A DNA stretch of 64,000 nucleotides from Candidatus Altimarinota bacterium (GTDB taxonomy: Bacteria > Patescibacteriota > Gracilibacteria > UBA1369 > GCA-2718715): positions 480,001 through 544,000 of the forward strand of contig JBESAV010000001.1 in assembly GCA_041242255.1 (NCBI GenBank), given 5' to 3'. Made by a program: the position numbers and the translations under genes. This document shows, in pieces, positions 56,893-64,000 of this stretch; within the stretch, counting starts at the first letter, position 1; each line of letters opens with the position of its first letter. The notes below the pieces were generated by a model. It was not told the origin of the DNA. It saw only the letters and a list, made by a program, of their open reading frames with translations, and did not search any database.

Positions 56893-57576
56893 ATGAAAAG
56901 ATCAAAAAACTATACAGCCTCAAAGGCTCAGATCATAAAAGATCAATATACCCTTGCTGAAGCACTTGAATTGCTTCCAAAAACTTCAACTGTTAAATTT
57001 GACGCATCAGTTGAGCTTCACGTAAACACAGGTCTAGACCCAAAACATGCTGACCAAATCCTACGTGTTGCCACAACTCTTCCTCATGGAACTGGTAAAA
57101 AGTTCAAAGTAGTAGCTTTCGTACCAGAAGAAATGGCAGATGAAGCTAAAAAAGCTGGAGCAATTGAAGCAGGGCTAGACGATCTAGTTGCAAAAGTTGC
57201 AGGTGGATGGATGGATTTTGACATCGCAGTAGCTCACCCGACAGTAATGAAAAACCTAGGTAAAGTTGCAAAACAACTAGGACAAGCTAGAAAAATGCCA
57301 TCACCAAAATCAGGAACTGTTACAGACAAACCAGCTGAAACAATCAAAAACATCATGAATGGTAAAATCGAAATCAGAACTGACAAATACGGATGCCTTC
57401 ACAACATCGTTGGAAAACTTTCTTTCGGTCCAGAAAAACTCCAAGAAAACATCCAAACAATGATGAACGCCGTAAAAGAAAACAAACCATCAGGATCAAA
57501 AGGAACTTACTTGAAGTCTGTTTACCTAACAACTTCAATGGGTCCAAGCCTACCTCTAAGCATCTCTGACCTATAG
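56893..57576 (+). CDS. rplA: 50S ribosomal protein L1
   Basis: KFDASVE, LPHGTGK, MP.PKSGTVT, KG.YLK..Y...SMGP. Confidence 0.98.
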   Translation: MKRSKNYTASKAQIIKDQYTLAEALELLPKTSTVKFDASVELHVNTGLDPKHADQILRVATTLPHGTGKKFKVVAFVPEEMADEAKKAGAIEAGLDDLVAKVAGGWMDFDIAVAHPTVMKNLGKVAKQLGQARKMPSPKSGTVTDKPAETIKNIMNGKIEIRTDKYGCLHNIVGKLSFGPEKLQENIQTMMNAVKENKPSGSKGTYLKSVYLTTSMGPSLPLSISDL

Positions 57577-57598
57577 TCAAAACTTAGAAGGCTAAAAC

Positions 57599-57629
57599 AA
57601 ACCTTACTTTAAAAAAAAGTGAGGTTTTT
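57599..57629 (+). terminator. intrinsic terminator after rplA
   Basis: AAACCTTACTTT-loop-AAAGTGAGGTTT + TT. Confidence 0.7.
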
Positions 57630-57667
57630 AATTAACGGTTTTATATAAAATCTCAGCATATAAATAC

Positions 57668-57695
57668 TTGACAAAATTACATTAGGCACTATAGT
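57668..57695 (+). promoter_or_regulatory. sigma70-type promoter
   Basis: TTGACA (57668-73), 16 nt, TATAGT (57690-95). Confidence 0.6.
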
Positions 57696-57701
57696 ATATT
57701 C

Positions 57702-57934
57702 GTGTTAGAGCAACTTATGATCTTTTAATTAAAGTTTAGTAGGTATTGATCTGTATTTTATTTAATAGAATATAAGTAATCTAGTTTAAACTAGTGTTGT
57801 TTATATCTTCTATAAAATTCAGATGTTCTGCCTACTATGAACCAAGTTTATTGAGTTACCAACTTAGATATAAAACTTGTATCTAGCTTGGTGACTCAAT
57901 TCCGAGCTCATCAATTCATTCAAAAGGAACAACA
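57702..57934 (+). ncRNA. candidate structured RNA / long 5' leader
   Basis: Rod hairpin 57737-57837 and near-perfect hairpin 57850-57900 between the promoter and the SD-led ORF at 57935. Confidence 0.45.
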
Positions 57935-58177
57935 ATGAGTAATGAAAAAGCCTCAAAAAGTCTATGTATCATGTGTAATGACACATATCAAATGACTTGG
58001 CTAACAAAGGTCTTGATTAAAGAAATAAGCAGTTTAGGAGGAGAGGTTCTATTTACATGTCGCCCTATGGACGGATTTCGAGACACTGATCCTCATAAAT
58101 TGAACAATACTGAGCAAATGCTCATTGAACTTCTAAATGATCTCATGGCAGAACAGTCCGGTCAATCAAATAGTTGA
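57935..58177 (+). CDS. hypothetical protein
   Basis: AAAGGA SD, 80 aa, CxxC, followed by a terminator. Confidence 0.65.
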   Translation: MSNEKASKSLCIMCNDTYQMTWLTKVLIKEISSLGGEVLFTCRPMDGFRDTDPHKLNNTEQMLIELLNDLMAEQSGQSNS

Positions 58178-58190
58178 TCGGGCAACACCC

Positions 58191-58226
58191 AAGCGCCCCC
58201 ATACTTAATGGTGGCGCTTTATTTTT
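58191..58226 (+). terminator. intrinsic terminator between convergent small genes
   Basis: AAGCGCC-C-CCAT-loop-ATGG-T-GGCGCTT + TATTTTT. Confidence 0.75.
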
Positions 58227-58467
58227 AGTTAGTTTCCCAAGCACTACAGCCATACATCATCTTAAGTAAGACTAGTATCTCTTCGTCACTCTTTTCTATC
58301 ATTTCGTTATCTGATTCTCTTACAAGCTTTATAATTCTTAAAACCTCAGGACTTAAATTATCTTTATTATTCTCTACTGTAATCTTAATCTGGTGCTCAT
58401 TATCCTTTTTACTATCTAAGTTACTCTGAGTATTATTTTTATTTAAATCAATACTATCTTGGCTCAT
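58225..58467 (-). CDS. hypothetical protein
   Basis: 80-aa ORF filling the space between two terminators. Confidence 0.55.
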   Translation of the reverse strand: MSQDSIDLNKNNTQSNLDSKKDNEHQIKITVENNKDNLSPEVLRIIKLVRESDNEMIEKSDEEILVLLKMMYGCSAWETN

Positions 58468-58490
58468 AAATTTTAAAGATTACATAATAG

Positions 58491-58519
58491 AAAAGACTCA
58501 TACGGTTAGTATGAGTCTT
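58491..58519 (-). terminator. intrinsic terminator of 58540..58866
   Basis: AAGACTCATAC-loop-GTATGAGTCTT with a T run on the minus strand. Confidence 0.78.
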
Positions 58520-58539
58520 ATTGAATCAATACACAAACT

Positions 58540-58866
58540 TTACAAGTTAGAGCAATAGGTTCTTGCGAACTCCAGATCAGCAATTTTAAGGCTAATCTGT
58601 CGTGTAAAACCAACACTCATTTTCTTTTGATTTTCGATGAAGTAAGCAACTGCAGACCTGATTTGATCCTTATCAAGGAAAGCAACATGAATACAGATAT
58701 TCTGTATAAAGACATTGCTATCAAGAGAGTATGAATTTACTTCATATTCTTCAAGCAAATCCTTATTCAGTTGGATTGCTTTCATGATGTCTCCCACACC
58801 TGCATTTTCAAAGAAAATTTCGAGTGGTTTCTTAGGTTTCGCTTCTGCTTCTTTAGATTCAGACAT
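58540..58866 (-). CDS. hypothetical protein
   Basis: AGAGGAG SD at 58878-58872, 108 aa, own promoter (TTGACA 58970-65, 16 nt, TTTAAT) and terminator. Confidence 0.72.
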   Translation of the reverse strand: MSESKEAEAKPKKPLEIFFENAGVGDIMKAIQLNKDLLEEYEVNSYSLDSNVFIQNICIHVAFLDKDQIRSAVAYFIENQKKMSVGFTRQISLKIADLEFARTYCSNL

Positions 58867-59093
58867 TTTGTCTCCTCTATGGTTTGTGGAATGAACAATT
58901 CAGAGTGCTGAATTCCTAAGTAGGATTCAGTACTACTATCTTATTAAATACTAATTCCTGGTAATGTCAAGCTAAAGTTGTATTCACTACTAGTAATTGG
59001 TATTTCTCAATTAGTTTCTAAATAATAAAATTTATTCTAAGTAGCAAAATCCTCCAAAAACCACTATATTTTACCCACTAATAATTCAACAAC

Positions 59094-60050
59094 ATGAACA
59101 CTAAACCAAAGTTTGATTTCGCCGTGGGTGGGCAAGCCCTAATTGAAGGTGTAATGATGCGCTCCCAAAACTACGTAGCCTGGGCCGTTCGAAAAGCCGA
59201 TGGATCAATCAAGATAAAAGACTTCCATTACAATAGCCTCGCTCAAAAATACAAATTCTTCAACCTACCTTTCCTAAGAGGAGTAATAAGCATGTTCGAG
59301 ATGATGGCCCTTGGTATAAGAGCCTTAAATTTCTCAGCAGATGAATTCATCATGGATGAAGATCCAAAAGAAGCTAAAAAGAAAGCTGAACAAAAACCAA
59401 TCCCAAAATGGCAAAGTAATTTATTCTTATTCTTCAATGTTATTTTTTCACTAGGTTTCACCATAGTTCTGTTCAAATATCTACCTCTCCAGCTCACTGA
59501 ATGGATCTTCCAGTACACAACTTATGATCCAACTACCAACTACATAGCTTACAACTTCCTAGATGGTATTCTTAAACTCTCTATCTTCCTATGTTACATA
59601 TTATTGATAAGCATGTTCAAGGATATTAAAAGAGTATTCCAATACCACGGTGCTGAACACATGGCAGTATTTAACTACGAAGAGGGAACCAACCTAACTG
59701 CAGAAAACTCAGCTAAACAGTCCAGATTCCACCCAAGATGTGGAACTAGCTTCATCATATTTGTATTCTTGATAAGCATCCTAGTTTATTCACTTATTCC
59801 TCGAGATCCCAATTTCTTCATACACTTAGCCAAAAGATTAGCTCTACTTCCTGTGATTGCCGGAGTTTCATTTGAAGCTCTCAAGCTCAGCGGTAAGTAT
59901 GCCAGCAATCCTGTTGTTAAACTTCTTATTCAACCAGGTCTAGCCTTCCAAAGGTTAACAACTCGAGAGCCAGATCACTCACAACTTGAAGTAGCTGTAG
60001 CAGCACTTCAAAGAACATTAGACAGAGAAGCCACAGCTAAAAATACCTAA
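59094..60050 (+). CDS. DUF1385 (YqhQ-like) membrane protein
   Basis: VGGQALIEGVMMR, PFLRG, RVFQYHGAEH, RFHPRCGTSF, GL.FQ.LTTREP...QLEVA. Confidence 0.92.
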   Translation: MNTKPKFDFAVGGQALIEGVMMRSQNYVAWAVRKADGSIKIKDFHYNSLAQKYKFFNLPFLRGVISMFEMMALGIRALNFSADEFIMDEDPKEAKKKAEQKPIPKWQSNLFLFFNVIFSLGFTIVLFKYLPLQLTEWIFQYTTYDPTTNYIAYNFLDGILKLSIFLCYILLISMFKDIKRVFQYHGAEHMAVFNYEEGTNLTAENSAKQSRFHPRCGTSFIIFVFLISILVYSLIPRDPNFFIHLAKRLALLPVIAGVSFEALKLSGKYASNPVVKLLIQPGLAFQRLTTREPDHSQLEVAVAALQRTLDREATAKNT

Positions 60051-60064
60051 ACTTAAATTTAGAA

Positions 60065-60517
60065 ATGCACGACCAATCCAATCTACCAAAAGTCAGAATT
60101 AAACGAATCGATAAATCCCTACCAATCCCTGAATACAAAACCAAAGGTAGCATCGGCTTTGATCTATATTCCAGAGTCGATATTACGATCCCACCTGGAA
60201 AGATTGAAAGAGTTCCAGCCAATATTGTCATCGAAACACCACCAGGTTACCTACTTATGTTAGCCTCCAGAAGCTCAACTCCAGTTAAAAAAGGTTTAAC
60301 CAAACCACACGGCGTGGGAATAATCGATCAAGATTATTCAGGAGACAATGACGAATTACTCATCCAACTCTACAATTTCACAGATCAACCTTCCGTCATC
60401 AAAAAAGGTGAAAGAATAGCTCAGGCCGTTTTCATCCAAGCAGATCGCTTAGCTTTTCAAGAAGTAGAATCAATGAACAATCAAGACCGCGGAGGCTTCG
60501 GTTCAACATCATCTTAA
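60065..60517 (+). CDS. dut: dUTP diphosphatase
   Basis: GS.GFDL, RSS, GIIDQDYSG, GERIAQ, RGGFGST. Confidence 0.95.
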   Translation: MHDQSNLPKVRIKRIDKSLPIPEYKTKGSIGFDLYSRVDITIPPGKIERVPANIVIETPPGYLLMLASRSSTPVKKGLTKPHGVGIIDQDYSGDNDELLIQLYNFTDQPSVIKKGERIAQAVFIQADRLAFQEVESMNNQDRGGFGSTSS

Positions 60518-60525
60518 TCAATCAC

Positions 60526-61125
60526 ATGGGAAAATTTATTACAATTTATGGAGTAAACAATATCGGTAAAACCACCCAAACCAAACTCCTAGCAGAAAGG
60601 CTCACACAGGATGGCTACAAAGTTAAAACTCTAAAGTACCCGATCTACACTGCAGAACCAACTGGACCACGTATCAGTTCAATCCTCAGAGATAAGGCAG
60701 AGCCAGACATTTCTCAAGAGCATTTCCAGCTACTTTACTGCCTCAATCGTTTTGATACAGAGTCTCAACTCAAACAACTTATCCAAGAAAACGACATCGT
60801 AATCGCAGAAGATTACACCTACACATCGGTAGCCTGGGGTTCTGCTCAAGGGGCAAGTAAAGAATGGTTAAAGACAGTAAACTCTCCACTTTTGGAACCA
60901 GACTTCACCCTTATGCTTGATGGGGATAGGGGATTAGGCTCAATAGAAAAAGGTCATCGTCACGAAGACAACAACCAATTAGCTCAAAAAGTAAAAAAGA
61001 TCTTCCAAGAACTCCAGAAAGAAAACAACTGGACTTTAGTAACCAGACAAGAAAAAATAGAAGATACCAACCAACTCATGTATAATGAAGTGATCCAATA
61101 CCTAAATTCTCAAAATAATGAATAA
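60526..61125 (+). CDS. tmk: thymidylate kinase
   Basis: GKFITI.G...IGKTTQ..LL, YP, NR, D.Y..S.AWG, PD. Confidence 0.85.
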   Translation: MGKFITIYGVNNIGKTTQTKLLAERLTQDGYKVKTLKYPIYTAEPTGPRISSILRDKAEPDISQEHFQLLYCLNRFDTESQLKQLIQENDIVIAEDYTYTSVAWGSAQGASKEWLKTVNSPLLEPDFTLMLDGDRGLGSIEKGHRHEDNNQLAQKVKKIFQELQKENNWTLVTRQEKIEDTNQLMYNEVIQYLNSQNNE

Positions 61126-61981
61126 TCCTGAATATATAGATATAAACGGTCGAGAGGTTCGCAATCAGATGTTTCAAGAGCTTCAAGCCGAAGTCCAAAA
61201 CATCAAAAGCGACATCAAACCAAAACTTGCATTTATATTAGTCGGAAGCAACCCAGCTTCACTCTCATACATCAATCAAAAGCAAAAAGCCTGCCGACAA
61301 ATTGGCTTTGAATATGATTTTTTACAATTCCCAGAAGAAACTCCAGAGCATAAACTTCTGCAAGAAATTTTCGAACTCAACGAAAACCCAGAGGTTCATG
61401 GAGTAATGGTTCAATTACCTTTACCCGCTCATATTTCCGCAGATACAATCAGCTCAAGTATATCTCCAGAAAAAGACGTTGATGGCTTTCATCCTTTCAA
61501 TCAAGGTCTTGTCTTCACAAATTCTGCCACTGAAAATACCTTAGTACCGTGCACCCCAAAAGGAATAATGAAACTTCTAGACTTCTACCAAATTCCTCTA
61601 ACTGGATCAAATGCTGTAGTTGTAGGTAGAAGCCAAATTGTAGGTAGACCTATTTCATCTATGCTCCTCAATCATGGTGCAACAGTAACCACATGTCATA
61701 GTAAAACCAAAGACCTCAAATCACACACACAAGAGGCTGACATACTTGTAGTAGCCACAGGTTTCAAACACTTAATCAAAGCAGATATGGTCAAGCAAGG
61801 TGCTGTGGTAATAGATGTAGGTTTCTCCAAAGTGGAGGACGACATTTACGGAGATGTTGATTACCAAGATGTAGCTCCTAAGACTTCATACATCACCCCA
61901 GTTCCTGGAGGAGTAGGCCCAATGACAGTAGCTTGCTTAATGGAGAACCTACTTATCGCATATAGAAACCAAAATTCTTAA
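61118..61981 (+). CDS. folD: bifunctional methylenetetrahydrofolate dehydrogenase/cyclohydrolase
   Basis: VG..PAS..Y...K, VQLPLP, KDVDGFHP, PCTPKG, GRS.IVGRP, TPVPGGVGPMT. Confidence 0.97.
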   Translation: MNNPEYIDINGREVRNQMFQELQAEVQNIKSDIKPKLAFILVGSNPASLSYINQKQKACRQIGFEYDFLQFPEETPEHKLLQEIFELNENPEVHGVMVQLPLPAHISADTISSSISPEKDVDGFHPFNQGLVFTNSATENTLVPCTPKGIMKLLDFYQIPLTGSNAVVVGRSQIVGRPISSMLLNHGATVTTCHSKTKDLKSHTQEADILVVATGFKHLIKADMVKQGAVVIDVGFSKVEDDIYGDVDYQDVAPKTSYITPVPGGVGPMTVACLMENLLIAYRNQNS

Positions 61982-62041
61982 ACACAGCTAGCTTTAGAAA
62001 AAATCTATTTTATGATAAAATAAATAGATTAATATCAATTT

Positions 62042-63478
62042 ATGAAGCTATCAAGAATAATAGTCGCAGTCCTGATCATACTAGGTGCATATTTTTTCTA
62101 TCAGAATTATCAAGAGCAAAACGACTATTCAAGTTCTGAAGCAGTTTATTCAACCACAATTAGCTCACTTGATCCAACCACTCAACCTTTCCACAATAGC
62201 CGTCTAACTCTTATTTACGAAAGCCTTATTAAAGTTGATGCTAACCTACAATTCCAGCCACAGTTAGCTGTAAGTTTTGGACAGATCGACGAAACAACAT
62301 GGCAATTCACACTCAAAGAAAATGTTAAGTTTCACAATGGAGAAGATCTATCCCCAGAGATAATACTCACAAACTTCCAAGACTATAGTTCAGATAAACT
62401 AAACCTAAACTCTGTAACTCAGTCAGAAAATTCACCAAATCAAATTATATTCAATCTTTCTCAACCAGACCCATTATTCCTTCAAAAAGTATCTGAAGTC
62501 CCAATTCTTTTCTCTAATCAAAACTTAGAATCAGAAGCTATAGGGACAGGTCCTTATCAAGTAGTAAACTACAGTCCAAGTCTACTTAGACTTGAAAGGT
62601 TTGCAGACTATCATTCTCAAAAACCACCTTTCCAAGAGTTAAGATTATCCACTATTTCAAACAACCTTGAACGAATTTCTCACGCCAATGATGATCCAAA
62701 AGTTGTAGTAGTAGAAAACCTATCACCAAGCTTCATAGACCGTCTTAACACTAGAAAATTCAGACTTCAAGAAACTACAGATTTATCCCTCAACTTCTTT
62801 CTATTCAACACTAACAAATTAAACCTAAATCAAAGAAAGGCTTTATCAAGATCCATCCCAGCTGACCTTCTAAGCCAGTACACTGAAAACCTAGGAACTC
62901 CAACCAACCAGTTCTTATCCCAAGGGGTACTAGGATATAACTCAGAGATACCACCTCAAGCCCAAAACTTAGAAGAAGCTAAACAAATCATTCAAAACGC
63001 AGGACTACAAGGGCGAACTCTCAAAATCATGCTTCCAACTTCAGCTGAAAAATTCACCCTTTTCCTGCAAGAAACATACCAACAGCTAGGCCTAACAGCT
63101 CAAGTAGACTTATATAATTATGCTGATGAAAACCTAAAAACTAGAGCCACATCCTACGACCTAATCTTCCTCGGATGGAGGACAGAATTTGGAGATGGAC
63201 AAAATTTCTTCCAAGAAATAGTCCAATCAGGAAGCACGTACAATTTAGGTTTTTACTCAAATAGTCAAGCAAATCAACTAATCCAAGAAGTTTCGACTCT
63301 TACTGATCCCCAAGAACGCTCTCAAAAACTTCAAGAGCTATCTAAGTTAGTAAGCCAAGATAATCCAATTGGAATGCCACTTTTCGAAAACAAAGTTTTC
63401 TACGCAATCAACAAAGACTTCTCTTACAATGATCGTTTAGACGGCTTCATCGATATCAGTTCACTCACCCAAAATTAA
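62042..63478 (+). CDS. ABC-type substrate-binding protein, family 5 (peptide/nickel-like), TM-anchored
   Basis: SLDP, IYESL, PQLA, W.F.LK..VKFHNG, GTGPY, YD....GW, NLG.YSN. Confidence 0.88.
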   Translation: MKLSRIIVAVLIILGAYFFYQNYQEQNDYSSSEAVYSTTISSLDPTTQPFHNSRLTLIYESLIKVDANLQFQPQLAVSFGQIDETTWQFTLKENVKFHNGEDLSPEIILTNFQDYSSDKLNLNSVTQSENSPNQIIFNLSQPDPLFLQKVSEVPILFSNQNLESEAIGTGPYQVVNYSPSLLRLERFADYHSQKPPFQELRLSTISNNLERISHANDDPKVVVVENLSPSFIDRLNTRKFRLQETTDLSLNFFLFNTNKLNLNQRKALSRSIPADLLSQYTENLGTPTNQFLSQGVLGYNSEIPPQAQNLEEAKQIIQNAGLQGRTLKIMLPTSAEKFTLFLQETYQQLGLTAQVDLYNYADENLKTRATSYDLIFLGWRTEFGDGQNFFQEIVQSGSTYNLGFYSNSQANQLIQEVSTLTDPQERSQKLQELSKLVSQDNPIGMPLFENKVFYAINKDFSYNDRLDGFIDISSLTQN

Positions 63479-63479
63479 A

Positions 63480-64000
63480 ATGAAAGTTAAAAAATCACTA
63501 AAGAAAAAATTCGCCCAAAGTATATCCCTACTCATTCTAGTAGTGATTATTGCCATCGGAACTATCTTGACTCTTCAGGCCAAAAAGCAAATTGAAAGTG
63601 ACATTTACTTTCAGGTCAGAAGTCTAGCCGAGCTAACAGCACCAGAGATCACCCAAGCTACCAACGAGTTCCTTCTCCAAGACAACAATATCCCATTTGA
63701 AAGGGTAATCTCAGAGACTTTAAGTAAGCTACCGGACGTTTACAGCATTGAGGTGTATAGCTTTGACAATACCAAGCTCTACCAATCTTCAGACGTTGTT
63801 ACTGACTCTGATCAGTCCCGAGTCCAAGCAAACTTACCATCTATTCTTACAACAGAAGGAAATGTTTACTTCTTACAAAAAGAAGCTGCCGGAGAGTTTA
63901 ATTTTGTAAACCAAAATCTTAATCCAATACCTGAAGAACAACTTCAAGACCATATTGTTATCCAAAATATCTACTACCCAGTAGATCAAACCAATACGGT
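63480..64000 (+). CDS. membrane sensor protein (histidine kinase/HAMP-type N-terminus), partial
   Basis: Manual translation MKVKKSLKKKFAQSISLLILVVIIAIGTIL...: basic N-terminus, TM1, extracytoplasmic domain; appears open to the window end. Confidence 0.6.
   Translation, partial: MKVKKSLKKKFAQSISLLILVVIIAIGTILTLQAKKQIESDIYFQVRSLAELTAPEITQATNEFLLQDNNIPFERVISETLSKLPDVYSIEVYSFDNTKLYQSSDVVTDSDQSRVQANLPSILTTEGNVYFLQKEAAGEFNFVNQNLNPIPEEQLQDHIVIQNIYYPVDQTNT

Overview
Chromosomal window from a small-genome, AT-rich bacterium. The gene content points to Patescibacteria/CPR, most like Peregrinibacteria-type lineages (inferred from TrbC/VirB2-like pilins, PKD surface proteins, a sortase, an FtsA-like/baseplate-J-like pair and SD-less leaders; not searched). 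It uses the standard code, since TGA ends full-length genes. Housekeeping genes: glmU, ligA, dnaX, murF-like, femAB-like, rpmF, nusB, rnc, tRNA-Ile2(CAT), rpsT, secE, nusG, trmB, rplK, rplA, dut, tmk, folD. These are interleaved with many envelope genes: a ~2,390-codon Calx-beta/Ig/SLH-like surface gene split by a 1-bp frameshift, and an ~11-kb minus-strand cluster of two triple-pilin proteins, a pilin-PKD giant, a PKD membrane protein, an unannotated 30-aa peptide and a sortase-type substrate. The most interesting items that the ORF track does not explain are: (i) a self-contained unit at 55660-55911 (promoter, SD, 37-aa hydrophobic ORF, terminator) whose RNA can fold back over its own 5' end and SD, as type I toxin mRNAs do; (ii) a highly structured ~235-nt leader or ncRNA at about 57700-57934 in a small accessory island after rplA; (iii) an in-frame A_AAA_AAG slippery site in dnaX followed by a -1-frame stop. 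No CRISPR array, rRNA, transposase or integrase was seen. All family assignments come from motif recognition, not database searches.
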